64,000 nucleotides of DNA, from NCBI RefSeq assembly GCF_009914755.1, contig NC_060928.1, one strand, 5' to 3'. The stretch comes from the human T2T-CHM13v2.0 reference genome, Homo sapiens. Shown here piece after piece: positions 40,270 through 53,320 of the stretch. The notes beneath the pieces are model-generated. The model saw nothing but the letters and a program-made list of their open reading frames with translations. It searched no databases and was not told the origin of the DNA. Each line of letters opens with the position of its first letter. Position 1 is the stretch's first letter. Position numbers and translations under genes: made by a program.

Positions 40270-41590
40270 CAGTGGCAGGTGCTTCCTGTTGCACATGGAG
40301 AGGATAGACTTTGTCCTCAGTGTTTTCTGTAGAGACGTGGAGCACCTGGGACCCATGAGCAATGAGATGTCCTCAGCTTGTCCTGGAGAATCCTATGGGC
40401 CAACACGAGGTTGTACATACGATTGATGGCCTGATGGTAGCAGATAGAGTGCTTACAGATTTCAGTTATGGAAGAATCTGCCTTAAAAATGAAGAAACAG
40501 ATTTTTTCTTGGTCTTTTCCTTTTGACTTTCTGGAATACAGAGGTAATCTCACAACAATTTTTCAGCTTGTTCACGTCTAATGGCTTGGACTTTAGACTT
40601 GGAAGTTCTATGGAGGTTAAAACCTTTTTTCTGGAATGTTTGTGAAGGTGAGTTAGACCCCCTGTCAGTCAGCATGTATAGCACATCAACAGCTGGATCT
40701 TCCAGTGCTTTGATTTGCTGTTTTATGGTAGTCTCTAATGCCCTATGATTCACAAGTCTTGGCATCCTCTCTGTGAAGATGTTGATTTTCAAACTGCCAG
40801 TTTGTTCCATATACAGCCTTATTACCTTCTCGGAAAATATGTTCAATTACAGTACTGCATTTGCAGAACTCAACTTGATATTTGCCAAACAGCCAAATAT
40901 CTTCCTTCCCTTTTACTTTTTGTATTAAAGCAATAATTCTGTGATAAATGCATTAATTCTACCAGATCACTTTTCAAGTTTATCGAGTATGTTGATGCCC
41001 AACTTAGGACTCTTGTTATATTCCGGTGACTGTCTTTGTTTCCTAACGAGGGCAGAGATTCATAAACATAATAAATTTGCTCATCTTCCTGCAAGGAAGG
41101 AAACTAGCCCTTCTCCCAGAAGATTCCTGAAGGGTGGGTGGCAATAAAATTCTGCAGAAACTCAGCAAGGCTGAACCAGTCCTGGGTATCCTGATGACTT
41201 GGGTGCTTGTTGAGAATCATGGAGTCCTTCAGGTGGCTCAGGAGGTTTGGTACCATGCGAGTGATCTCACGCTGAGTGCTCTTGTCCACCAGATCAGGCT
41301 TGGTCAAGACTCCTGTGGGCACTGTCTTGGAGTCCACCTCCTAAGTGATGCTCAGTGCTTCTATCATCTCAAAGTCCACGTTACTGGAAACCACCACCAA
41401 ATGGGTGGTTTCTTGTAGATATACTGCTTGATAAGTGCCTTGATCTGCGTGCAATGTCAGTGGGCTAACAGCTCACAGCCACTGTGGTTATACCAGGAAG
41501 TTCTATTAGTCATATGGAGTTGAGGTCCACATGAACTATTAAGGCAGATTCCCATCCCTTTCCGGTAATAATTAATGTGGCCTTGGGGTA
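40270..41590 (-). pseudogene. MX1: Best-preserved MX1 processed pseudogene segment (G3 motif to GED)
   Basis: LIELPGIT (LIDLPGIT), QIKALIKQYI, LVVVSSNVD, GVLTKPDLVDK (41281-41313), LVNHRALETTIKQQIKALEDPAVDVL, FNLHRTSKSK, DSSITEIC, YHQ, ILQDK..SW; no introns; multiple stops and frameshifts. Confidence 0.96.
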
Positions 41591-42503
41591 TAAGCAGATG
41601 TGGTGTTTGACCTTTAGGAACCTACCTTTTAGAAGGATGAAGCCTCCCCTCCCTCTTCCTCTGTGGTTATTTGAGTCGGAATTCAAGAGCAATCCCTTAA
41701 AGGAATGGCAGAGGAAAGGTAGAGCCATGATCCTTGTGCATTCTTACCGCTGTGTCCTCTAACTAGTGACCGTTAACTTAGTACGTGTCATTAATGAACT
41801 GCTTTCCTATTTGTGTCCTAAGCTATATTTGAGGAAATGGTGATGGAGGTAGGAGGGAATCTGTAACCACATGTTCAAGAACCTCTCAGTGGATAGTCTA
41901 TTGGTCTCTGAAACTCACCCCTACCAACCCCAAGTTGTGTAGCTTTCGGGCACCTGACTCACAGGTGGGATAGAAGGTGGCTCAGTGAGTCTCTGAGCAG
42001 CAGCATCTGAGAAAATCAGCTCTAGGTCTTCCCAAGACGGGGAAGGTTGGGTCTGTTCTCTTCCCTGTGATCCAGAAGTTGGTCAGTGTTGTCTTTCAGC
42101 TAAATATCTTCCCACTCTAACCCCAGCTTCCTTTAAGGCACACCTGAATTCTGCATTTCTTTTCCTGTGAAAATGATGGTAAATGTCATGGAAAGACAGT
42201 GTGGCAGAAACGAACCTGTTATCCCACATCAGACAGGAATGAGTCCAGAAGTCCTAGGTTTCTATTGCTGTGGGATATTTTACTGGCAATTAATGCTTTT
42301 CTGACAATACACTCATCATTCTATTACTGCTCAGGGGAAAGATTATCTAACATAATACTATTTTATTTTATAAACTAAGTTTGCTTCTAAATGCCTAAAA
42401 TAGTATAGCTCTCACTTGAATGTGAGCAATTTAATCACTTAAGAAGGATTAACCTTAATTCTGTCTTGCCATTTTAACTTCCTCCAGTTCCATGGATTGT
42501 AAC

Positions 42504-42931
42504 TACCAAGACCCAGCTCAGTCATGGAGACCCCAACCCAGTGGCGCTAAAAACACAGAAATAGTGCAAAGTGGGATCCAGGGGGCTTGACCCACATATT
42601 TATTGACAGTAAGCCAGTGATAACCATTGCTTCTATAGATTATAGATTAAAAGCATTCCTTATGGGAAACAAAGCATTCTTAGCGAGGAGCAGAGGAACA
42701 GGCTGTAGCTGATTGTCTGCAGCCAAAACATGTTGTTAAGGCACAGGCTGCTCATGCTATTTGTGGTTTGAGCAGTTTTCTGCTCCGGGCATTCCTTGCC
42801 CTGCTCCAGTAAACCAACAACTAGCAGTGTGCGTGATAGCCAACATGAGCATGTCACATGGCTGCAGAGATCCTGTTTGTGGCCAGTTTCTTTAAGGCCT
42901 GTTTATGAAGGCTTAGGGCTTGTTCCCAGCA
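42504..42931 (-). repeat. 3' LTR (MER9-type), 428 bp with internal deletions
   Basis: Minus strand tgctgggaacaagccc...gagctgggtcttggta, preceded by polypurine tract cagaaagggagaca. Confidence 0.9.
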
Positions 42932-42944
42932 TGTCTCCCTTTCT

Positions 42945-44810
42945 GCTTTTGCAAAGCAATTAAGACAAAGGCAGCTTTGTCACAGTGGGCTACTTCTCTC
43001 AGGATTCTGGATCCCATCTGCAGACTACACAAAGACGACATAGATTAAAAGAACAATCATTGAAATCACAAAGCCTCCAAGTGTCTTGATCCATTTTAAT
43101 TGGTTAATAACTGCTAATCTGCCTGCAGCTCCTTCAAGCACTTCCCTTCCTGGCGTTAGGGTCAGATGTGCCTGAGAGGCTTGAAATACTTGTTCCTTCA
43201 GTTTTGGAATATCTAAAGATAAATTTCTAGTATGACCCTTTAAATGTCTCTTAACTGTTTCTTACTCATGTTCTGTTTCATTATACAGACGAGAAGTAAT
43301 GCAAAAATCAGAAGTATTCCAGTCACATTGTAACCATTCTATACTCTAAACTAGTTACTAGATCTCCTAGCCACATTAGTTTGGTGGAGATCATTGATTT
43401 GATTAGCTAGTTTCTGGTCTATATTAGAGTAGAATTTTTCTGCCAATTATTTACATAGTCTGCTGTTTGTACTGTGGAATGCAAAGCAACTCCGGCTACT
43501 GCAGCAGTAGCTGTGACAGCAATCAATCCCATAATGATTTTAAAGTGGCAACGAAATGCCGAGAGCACCTCAAAATCTTTTGAAGAATTTCAGTAATAAT
43601 ATGCACAGGAGAGGCTTCCTAAGGACGGGAAAGCTTTACATGTATCTGTACTCCTTCTTGGGCTCTTACCACTAAAATAGAATGATCAGTATTATACAAG
43701 GAAGAATTCACACAAGAAAACAATCTACATCCTTGACAAGTCACATGATTAGGGAGATCAAGTTTTAAATCACCTACTACAAGCAGGAAAGGAGGACGGA
43801 CACAACTCTATATCCAGACTGAATCATGAGTCAATTCTAACATAATTAGGATTACACTGGGTTGGCTTTAGTATATCTTCATTCCCAAATCTTTATCCTT
43901 TTTAGTGCCATGAATATTTTCTACACCTCCTTATGTTTAGCTCCTACAGCAGGCCATATCATTTGGGGTTGAGGTGCCACTATACCACCATATGCCAAAA
44001 TAATAGGAACTCTTGCTGTACTTCTTATAGTGTCCACCATCTGATTATTTTGTTTAGATGCAGGGTGAGCATTACCTGCAGATTGAGAGGTGAGCCTCAT
44101 AAATGCACCTTTAGGTAGGGGATCAATCACTAATGACTCCATATGAACCATTACCACAACACCTCTGCCTGCCTTGCTATACAATCTTCCCAAGCAAATG
44201 CCTTCATTTTTTCTGACCATGTCCAATCCACTTTATCAGATAGGTTTTTGAGGGTGGTAAACTTTGGCTACAGGAGCACAATCATTGTAATAAATACTAA
44301 GACCAGAAAGCATATGTGATTGTGCCACAAAGATGTTACGTTAAGGTACTGTTGCCTGCCAAGATTGAAGACTGGGAGGTAAACACCCATTGGCTTTTCC
44401 CATGCAAATGGGTAGATGATCAAATCCCAATGAGATTTTCTTAATTGTTCCTTCCTCTTGGGTGTGAGATGGGCCTCTATTATCTGTAGAACCAGGCATC
44501 CAAAAACTATCATTAGTGTATACCTCTGCTGGGGGGTCTAACCATGTTACTGGCTGTAGAAGTGGTGGAATATTTGCCCAATAAGCTTAATTGTTTTTTG
44601 TTTCAGCAGTTACTGGGGGAATATGGCAATGGTGAGCACAGCCATCACAGCTACCATTAGGTTGCTCATTGTAACTGGTTGTCCCACCTTCAGATTTTTT
44701 TCTGCCATCTGTGTCAACTTTTTGATCTGGCCTCAGATGGGTGGCTGTGCCACCATAAGTGTTGCTCGCCAGGACTGGTGTCTTCCTTACTGTCAGTCTA
44801 GACATGGCTG
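42945..44810 (-). pseudogene. env: HML-3 env remnant
   Basis: Fusion-peptide region [25 protein letters not shown] near 43460-43540; CDWN-type TM segment; disrupted. Confidence 0.85.
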
Positions 44811-44829
44811 CAGTCCTTGCGTTCCTCCC

Positions 44830-47400
44830 AAAGTCTCTTCCTCAGCATCTGGCTCATAAGGTTTCAGGTGTCTCGATGGTATCCAAATCAGCTGCTGATT
44901 CTGGCCTGGAGAAACACAGGTATAACCTCTACCCCAAGTTATTTTACATATTTCCCAACTTTGTGTTATCGGACCTCTCCACCAAACCAGTTCTGCTTCT
45001 GTCTTTGCCACTGGTTTCTGTAGATGCTGTTCAGCTGCTGATAGCATCTGGCCTTTAGGCAGGCTCAAAAAATTTAAAATCAATAATGCTAGATTCAATT
45101 GCATATGTGGGGTCCCGTAGTCACTATCTCTCCCTTTGTTTTTGTAATTGCTCTCTCAGGGAGAGATCCATTCTTGCCACAATGGCTTGTCCTTGTGAAT
45201 TATATGGGAAGCCAGTAATGTGTTTAATATTTCATATAGAGAAAAATGTAGCTAGAGCTTGGCTTAGTATAGCATGGGGCATTATCTGTTTTAATAGAAG
45301 CTGGAATGCCCATCACTGCAAAACACTGCAAAAGGTTCTGCCTGTGCAGTGTTAAACATCAAGCAAGAAGACTCTCCTGATTGGCATGTAGCCCAAAGTG
45401 AGAAAAGGTGTCCACACATGTACATAAGCTAGCCTCCCAAATGAGGGAACATGTGTGCCATCCATTTGCCAAAGAGAATTAGGTTCCAATCCTCGAGGAT
45501 TAACTCCTCCTGTAAAAGGTGAGGAATGTACCTTTTGGCAAGTTGGGCGTCGCTGGATAATAGCTTTAGCTGCTTTCCAGGTATTGCTGTATCTGCATTT
45601 GAGACCAGAGGCATTAACATGGGTTAAATTGTGAAAGTGTCTAGCATTAGATACTGCAGTAGCAACTAGACGATCAGCCATTTGATTCCCTGCAGTCAAA
45701 GGTCCTGGAAGAGGTGTATGAGCTCTAATATGAGTAATGTAAAAAGAGTGCATTCTATTCCTAACTGCGGTTTGTAATTGGGCAAATAAAGTCATGTTGC
45801 TCATCTGTGTGGAATCGTAGCTGAGCATTTTCAGCTATGTAGAATGGACCACATCTGAAGAATCAGAAATTACATTGACAGGCATCTCAAAAGCAGCCAG
45901 CACCTCAATTATAGCTACAAGTCTCTGCTTTTTGAGCTTGAAGTATAGGGTGTCTGAAAAACTTAACTTTTTGATCCAGAATAAGAAGCTTTTACCATTA
46001 CTAGACTCATCTGTTAAAAATATTTTCAGCACCTTCAATTGGTTTAAATTTAGTTATTCTAGGGAGAATCCAATTTTTAATATCGAAATTTTGTTTTCAG
46101 AAAGTGATGATCAAGAATACCTATGAAATCAGCTAAATGGGTTTGCCAAGTAAGACTATTTATAAAGGCCTGTTGTATTTGTGCCTTTGTAAGAGGGACA
46201 ATTTTTCCAGGGTCATATCCATGTAATTTACCAATTTGAGTTCTCACATTTCCTATCAGTAGCAATTTGATCCAAATAAGGAGTTAGTCCGTGAATTAGC
46301 ACGTGGAAGAAAAAGCCATTCTACTAAGTCTTGCTGTTGAACAATAACACCAGTAGGTGAATGTTGAGTCAGAAAAACTAGCAAATCTAGAATCTTCTCT
46401 GGATCTATTCTATTTGAGCCTTATGCACTTGCTTTTCAATTAGCTGTAACTCTGCCTCAGCCTCCTTTGTTAATTGCAGAGGGTTAGTTGACAATAGGAT
46501 CTCCTCTAAGGATAGAAAATAGATTACTCATGGCATAGGTAGGAATGCCTAGAACAGGTAGTATCCAATTAATGTCCCCTAGTAATTTTTGAAAGTCAGT
46601 GTTTTCAATTGATCCTTACATATGGTTACTTTCTGTGGCACTATTGCAATGTCATTTACTGAGGTTCCCAAGTAGCGCTAAAGAAGAGTAGTCTCAATTT
46701 TGTCGGAAGCTATAATTAAACTAGCACAAGAAATAGTTTTGCAAGTGATCATAACATGGGAGTAATATTTCCTAAGTGGAGGCAGCACAAAAGAATATCA
46801 CCTATATAATAATGTAATGCTGTGAAAATATTTTATGAATAGGTTCAATTGCTTGCCCTACATACGTCTGGCAAATTGTTGGACTGTTTAACATGCTTTG
46901 TGGCAACACTTTCCAATGAAAATGCTTAGCAGGCTGCAGGTTGTTTACAGCGGGAATTGTAAATGCAAATAGTTCAGTCTTGCTCAGCTAAGGGGATAGT
47001 AAAGAAACAGTCTTTTAAATCTATTAAAGGCCAATTTTTTGGAATCATAGCAGGAGAACGCAATCCTGGCCGCAATGCTCCCATAGGTTGTATAACTGAA
47101 TTAATGGCTCTGAGATCTCTCAACACCCTCCATTTACCTGATTTTTTAATAACAAAGACTGGAGAATTCCTGGGGGAAAATGTTGGAGCTATGTGTTCTT
47201 TTTCTAATTGTTCAGTAAGTAAGTTCTCAAAGGCCTCCAGTTTCTCTTTACTCAGCGGCCATTGCTCTATCCAAATTGGCTTATCTGTTAACCATTGTCA
47301 AGGTACAGGTTCTGGAGGCTTAACAATGGCTGCCATCAAAAATGATATCCTAAACCTTGATGAGAATTCTGTCCTTCCACTTGAAGCAGTTTCTTTAACG
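44830..47400 (-). pseudogene. pol: HML-3 pol remnant (RT, RNase H, integrase)
   Basis: [44 protein letters not shown] (decayed YMDD), HIRAHTPLPGPL, HNLTH, LWQMDGTH, WIPSRHL; many frameshifts. Confidence 0.93.
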
Positions 47401-48054
47401 CTTGTAAATTTTTTCCTAATCCCATGCGAGTCCCATACCCCATCTCTTGCATCATATGCTGACTTTGAGGGCTGTGTAATTGTTCGGAATTAACACTTGT
47501 GTTCCCCATTGCTGTACTCTCTTCCCCATAAATTTATAGGTACAGAAGTTACAATTGGTTAAATAGTCCCAGATTGTCCATCGGGTCCTTCATAATGCAA
47601 AATATAACTGCTTTGATATGTCAGGGGCTTTACCAACTCCAACTATGTTAAATTGAGTGGGTTGAATTGGCCACATGGACAGAAAGTGCTGTAGAGAAAT
47701 GATTGAAATGGCTGCTCCTGTATCTATCAAACCTTTAATTTTTTTTCCCTGAATAGCTATTTCGCAGGCAGAACGTTTATCAGTAATTTGATTCACCCAA
47801 TAAGCTGCTTTGCCTTGTTGGTTTGTTCTTCCAAATCCTCCTTTTCATTTAGTTTCACTTTTCCCAATTTCCACATACAGCACAATCAGGAGCTGTGCTA
47901 TACACTCTCCTGGCTCTGCTTTCCGGGGAACAGAAGTAGATATATAACAATTTGAATTTCCCCATTGTAATCTGAATTAATGACTCCTGTATGTACTTGT
48001 ACTCCTTTTAAATTTAAACTAGACCTACCTAGAAATAATCCTACAGTCTCTGCT
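47370..48054 (-). pseudogene. pro: HML-3 pro remnant (partial dUTPase and aspartic protease)
   Basis: GRSSLNLKGVQVHTGVINSDYNGEIQI (dUTPase) and GLIDTGA (protease active site) in ORFs 47898..48098 and 47590..47796. Confidence 0.93.
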
Positions 48055-48807
48055 GGCATCATCTGACTGGAGACAGCAACATTCTTTAACGGTCCCATTA
48101 CAAAAGAACCTGGTCCATATTGATAGCTTGTTTAAATTCTTTAAGTATTTTAAAAGGAGAAGGCTCAAATGTAGCTATGATATTCTCCTGTTGATCAGGT
48201 GGGTGTATTCTAACAGGGAACTGCCAAGCCATCCATGTCACCCTCTAGTCTAGCTTGCTGGATTCTTGTGTGAGTAGAACTGGGAGTGGTTGCTCGAGGC
48301 ACTGCTTGACTACTCACTGGGGCAACTACTTTTTGCCCAGTGTCCTCTGGAAAAGAAAGATCTGGAGGGTCAGGCCACTCTTTTTTTTCCAAAATAATGA
48401 GGGGGTACAGAGGGTAGGGACAAACCTCTCTCTCCTTTGCCACTTTAGCTGGCAAGCAAACCTGCTCTGCACCTCTTCTGTTACTTCATTAGACTCTCCT
48501 CCTTCCTCTAATTCTTCCTTGTCATCTGTGTGGAAAGGCTCCAGGGTGGAATGAACCAGAGCCCACACTGACCAGACAGTTATAGGAATATCCTCAACAC
48601 CATCCTTATGCCTTTTTCAGTGTGCTTGCCTACCTTTTCCCAGATCTCTACGTTCCTAGTTCCTCGGTCCAGAAACCAGGGGCAGTATTTCTCTACCACA
48701 CTAAAAAGCTGCATAAGTCAGCTGGTGCTAACCTTCACTCCTCCTTTTCTGAGGAGATGCGGAAGCAGACTCAAATAAGCTTCGTGCCTGCTCAACTCTT
48801 GTCCCAT
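48055..48807 (-). pseudogene. gag: HML-3 gag 5' remnant (MA to start of CA)
   Basis: ATG at 48807 gives MGQELSRHEAYLSLL..RKGGVKVS; WALVHSTLEPFHTD; FKILKEFKQA, then truncated by deletion. Confidence 0.88.
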
Positions 48808-48933
48808 TGTTACCCTGATGCTTCTAGGCTCGCCTTCTTACCACGAGGATTGCTTAAGAGTACTCGGGTGTCCTCCAGCATAGTTCTATGTTCTCCAACT
48901 ATCACTTTGGTGACCCTTTGACCCAGGTTTGAG

Positions 48934-48951
48934 TCCCCACGTTGGATGCCA
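48934..48951 (-). promoter_or_regulatory. Primer binding site, tRNA-Lys type
   Basis: Minus strand tggcatccaacgtgggga(c), 2 nt after the 5' LTR; Lys PBS consensus TGGCGCCCAACGTGGGGC. Confidence 0.88.
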
Positions 48952-48953
48952 CT

Positions 48954-49447
48954 TACTGAGACCAGCTCCAGTCATGGCGACCCCAGCCCAGCAGGACTAG
49001 AGGAATTGAAGACAATGACACACAAATTGAGTGCAAAGTGGGATCCAGGGGGCTAACAGCCTTCAGAGCTGAGAGTCACGAACAGAGTGTGAGCTACATA
49101 CATATTTACAGTAAGCCAGCGACAAGCATTGCTTCTGTAGATTATAGATTAACTGAAAGCATTTCTTACAAGAAACAAAGCATCCTTAGGGGCAGAGAAA
49201 CAGGCTCTGGCTGATTATCAGCAGCAAAAAGGCACATGTTAAGGCACAGGCTGCTCATGCTATTGGTGGTTTGAGCCATTTTCCGCTCTGGATGGGCCAG
49301 GCGTTCCTTGCCCTGCTCCAGTAAACCAACAACTGCTAGTAGTGTGCGTGAGAGCCATCATGAGCATGTCACATTGCTGCAGAAATCCTGTTTATGACCA
49401 GTTTCTTTAAGGCCTGTTTATGACAGGCTTAGGGCTTGTTCGCAGTA
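48954..49447 (-). repeat. 5' LTR (MER9-type), 494 bp
   Basis: Direct repeat of 42504-42931 (taagcc..cataaacaggccttaaagaaactgg, taatctataatcta). Confidence 0.9.
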
Positions 49448-50319
49448 GTAACAAGGCCTGATAAGGAAACACTGCCTTCCCATTGGATCCTCCAAGAGCT
49501 GCGTGAGAAGGAAGCCAGGGATGTGTTGGAAACCCTCATCTACCTGGGTTCCCTGCAGAGGGACAGGGCTAGGCTGGACACTGTGCTAATGCACCAAGGC
49601 AAAAGCTTCCAAGGCCATTTTCCATTACCCACTGTGTACATGGATCTAGTGTGATTCTCATAATGCTGCCTCTGTGTTGAGACTACAAAGAGAATTCTTC
49701 ACCTTGTCTGCCTGATGCTCTTATTCCTTCTGTGTCAAAATAGGGGTCCATTCCTGTTAAAAGTATGAATCGTGCAGTGAAGTTTTTCACATTTCTGATG
49801 CCCTGGAAGAAACTTTATCAGTTTATCCTAAATGATCGTAGGATGTTGACACACAGTGATAAGCCTGGCCACACTCTCCCCAAGTGGTTGTACACACTGG
49901 GCTGAGATTTCAGGCTCTTTAATCCACTTTGCACAAGAGATCATCTTCTAACCATTGTCCCCGTAGGCTCTGTGTCTTTATATGGTAGTAACTTGTGAGG
50001 GATAGTTTTCCTTGGTCTGTTGGTTCTTTATATCCTGAGTTATGATTTCTCTGCCTGAGAATGCATTTTGGGAGACAAACTTCATCAGTTTTGTGTGATG
50101 TGGTATGCTGGCCATGTGAGGTCCTGTTCGTAAGTGGACTCTTTTGCTCCTGTTTAGTGGGGAAGTCTGAGTGGGAGATGATTTGGGCACTGTCCTAGGA
50201 ACCTGAATGAAAGACTCCTGTTTTCTTTTGCCCTGGATTGTTCCGCATAAGTGGAGTCAATCCCTCTGTGCTGCTGTATATTGCTCTGAATGAAAACAAG
50301 TAACCCAAGAGGTTGAGGG

Positions 50320-51380
50320 TGTGACCTGGGGTAGTTCAGTCATTTTAACCAAATGCCAAGACACCTGGGTGTGTCTTTGAGCAGGAAAGGGACAGGATAA
50401 GAGTGTACTGCAACGAGGAGCTTTTTCTTCCATTTTCTGTGATGGAGATGCTTTTCTTCGAGGAGGGAAATCTTCCTGATCGATCAGGAAGCCAAAACTC
50501 TAATAATGTATTTATGAAGGATGTGCCTTTTACATCTCATACATTCCACCACAAATGTTGAGTATGTTTAATGATCTAAAATTTGATTATATATCAGCTC
50601 TATGTAATCCTGAGTTCAAAATATGATAGTTTAACACTGTGCCTTTTAGGGCAGTAAAGAATACTGGGTTTAGATCCATACTTCTGTGGACATTTTAATA
50701 TGTTAAGTAGTGGATTTCATTGCTATATACCTCTGTACAGTTTACAGTAAAATATGATCTGAAGTCTTTATTTTCTCTATATTTTTGTAAGAGATCCCTT
50801 CAATTTTTTACTTCTAAAGTGAATATAATCTCCTTTGACTTTGAAAAATCGGTGCTCCTTAGTGTGAAGAATTTGTTCACACTTCAGACATTCTGCTTGT
50901 AGTCTTTCATAAATTTTAGGGAACCTATTTTAGTTGACACTGCCTATGCATTTAAAACCCCTTTGAGTGCATGAGAAAAATGACAGTGTTGGAAACCCTC
51001 CTGCTTGCACTTCTGGCAGCTCTAACCCATGTGCCTGGATTGATAACTGTATTGACCTTAAGTGAAAGCTCCTGGCTCATGTTTAGCTTTGACTCTTCCC
51101 AACTCTGTTGTAGGGTCTGATCCTTATTGTTTCTGCCCCTTGGACATGGAAGGGTCAAAACATGATGTAGGCTGATACTCCTGTTCCTTATGAGTCCACA
51201 TGAGTCGTTCCCAAGCCAGAGTCATGAAGATCCTCACTACCTAAGTGTTGTGGGGGAGATGCCCTCTGTTTGACCCCCAGGGAAGCCCCACTGGGTACAG
51301 ATCACATGGACAATGTCTGTTGTGAGCCCAGGTCACTAAGGTGTTTGTCCCCAGGCTCCATGGTTCTCATATCTAAGGTA
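50320..51380 (-). pseudogene. Decayed Mx G domain, lineage II
   Basis: Homologous blocks cattttaaccaaatgcc (~50341) and ccatggttctca (~51358) shared with other lineage II copies. Confidence 0.45.
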
Positions 51381-51529
51381 TTCAGCCTTATGTGCCACAG
51401 GCTCCCTTGGCTGTGAAAGGCTGAGCTTAAGAACTCAGTGACGTCCATGGTGTGTGCAGAGCTGACCCTCTGGTAGATGGTACAGACAATGGACAAGGCA
51501 AGTGTTTTCCCTTCTACTCTGACCTTAGA

Positions 51530-53320
51530 TTGAGCTTCAGACATTTGCCCAGGGGTCTTAACATGGGTGTAGCCTCTTTACGGCACCAACCGTTACATTC
51601 TTTGAAGTGAGTTGTTTGAAGGCAAATCAAATTGTCCAGATCAGAAGACACCTCACTTGGGGCTTTGCAATGATGTATAAATCTAGATCTGTAAACTACT
51701 GGCCTCCAGAGTATGCAGTTTGTGCCTATGACCGGTGTTACAAATCTGTATCTTAAATGCATAATCAGCCTGTTGGCTCTTAATGTGCTTTCTATTAAAG
51801 GCAATGGGTTTCATTTATACTGTTCCCTCTGAAAGTTTTACAGGACAGATTGCATGAATAAAGGTTATCTAGAGAAAATAAAACCTATTTTAGCATTTCC
51901 TGATCCTGTGAACTCTTTATTAACAAGGCTTAGCATTGACTAGAACAGGAATTGAATTCAGGACATTCCAAGTCCACAGAAAGCAATCTTGATATCCTGA
52001 ATTCCTAATTGAAACCAGATGAAAATCAGCATTCCAGTTACTGAGGATACTTTATGCAGATAGAAATTTACCTTCTAAATAATAAAGTGTTCTCTTACCT
52101 CTTGCTGATCTTTGACTTCTGTAACTCAGACCAAACTGTCTAGGCAGAGCAGGGTACACAGATTATTTTTGAACCACATGTCCATAGGCAGAGAATACTC
52201 TGAACCACAAGGTCTGGAAGTCCTGTATTTCACTTCACGTACTTTGAGGGCCCCGGGGTTCAAAGATGTTGGGAAACAAATACACTGTGTCTGTCTTATT
52301 TTAGTCTGTCTTTTCCTTTGGTTATCAAAAATCTGCTTGTGATCTTCTGCCAGTGATTTTTGCCTTCTGTTCATATATAGTACTCTTTTCTTGCCAAACA
52401 TTTGTCTGCTTTATTCACCGATACCTTCTTCCAGAGTTCATCAATGCCGTTCGTATATCTGAAAAAAACTTATTAATTTTATTTCAGTAACTTCATTGAG
52501 TGTAAGTTCTAATTTATTAAGGTAATGGTTCCCTGTAGGTGACTGCTCTTTGTCTTGTGGGTTCTTACAGTCGCTGTCAAGAAATAATTGTACATTAACT
52601 GGCTGAGTTGATGGCCACCTGGTTTGAATGTCATTCTGTAAGATAGGTGGATGTCCTCTGAACCTGTGAAGCTCGAGGTGCTGCTCTTAACATTTCTCCA
52701 ATGGGAGCTAAACTGAAATGCTAGAAGGTTTGAATTAGAATGCCCCCTTGTAGCCTGTCGTGTGATGCCTTTGGCACTAGTAGAATTTTGATTGCCACGG
52801 AAAAGTGGGGAATGGTGATCATCATTGGGAGAATTGTTCTTCTCTGATCAGGTAGAGACTGTTTGGAAGACAAGCAGAGAATTTTGAAACCTTCAGTTGG
52901 AAAGCATCCCACTGGCAGGATTTGACTGTTGGGCAAAAACTGATCCAGAGACCCTTTTTGGGTAAGGGAGGCAGCTGTTAGTCATGGTTTCTAGTCATTC
53001 TTTGCCTTCTGGTTTGTTCTTGGCAACGGTTTTTTGCAAAGGATGGCTGAGGGTCCTATGCCATGGCTGTAATAAGGAAAATAAGTAATTCTAGAGCTTT
53101 TTCCCCCCCACAAAGAACTTGTCAGTGTGTGGGAAAGCATTTTGCCTCTTCTAGCAGCTCTGCTGACAACCACATGACAAGCAGGGAGCTCATGGACCAG
53201 CTGTGGATTCTAAGGACTCATGCATCCTAGTTACTCTGGCAGCAAAGCTGTTGCCAATTCAACCAGTGGACTCAGTCTATTGGGTCCTGAACCATGAGCC
53301 CATTGCATGCTCTATGGTGT
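51530..53320 (-). pseudogene. Decayed Mx copy, lineage I, lacking the 5' G domain
   Basis: Colinear with 3580-5390 and 29130-30915 (ttgagcttcagacat, gaaccacatgtccat, aaatgctagaagg, gagcccat). Confidence 0.55.

Larger units (their letters stand above)
42504..49447 (-). mobile_element. HERV-K(HML-3)/HERVK9 provirus, defective, with MER9 LTRs
   Basis: Two MER9-type LTRs, a tRNA-Lys PBS, PPT, gag/pro/pol/env remnants, and flanking direct repeat GTAAC (42499-42503 and 49448-49452). Confidence 0.93.
41600..49960 (-). pseudogene. Decayed Mx copy, lineage IV, split by the HERV-K provirus (41600-42503 plus 49448-49960)
   Basis: Joining the flanks gives catggattgtaac-aaggcctgataaggaaacactgccttcccattggatcctc, matching the uninterrupted paralog at ~23376-23428. 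Confidence 0.65.

Noticed and set aside
40270-41590. An intact Mx or dynamin gene
   Set aside because: Multiple stops and frameshifts, and no N-terminus or P-loop in this segment. No copy I read keeps a complete GDQSSGKS.
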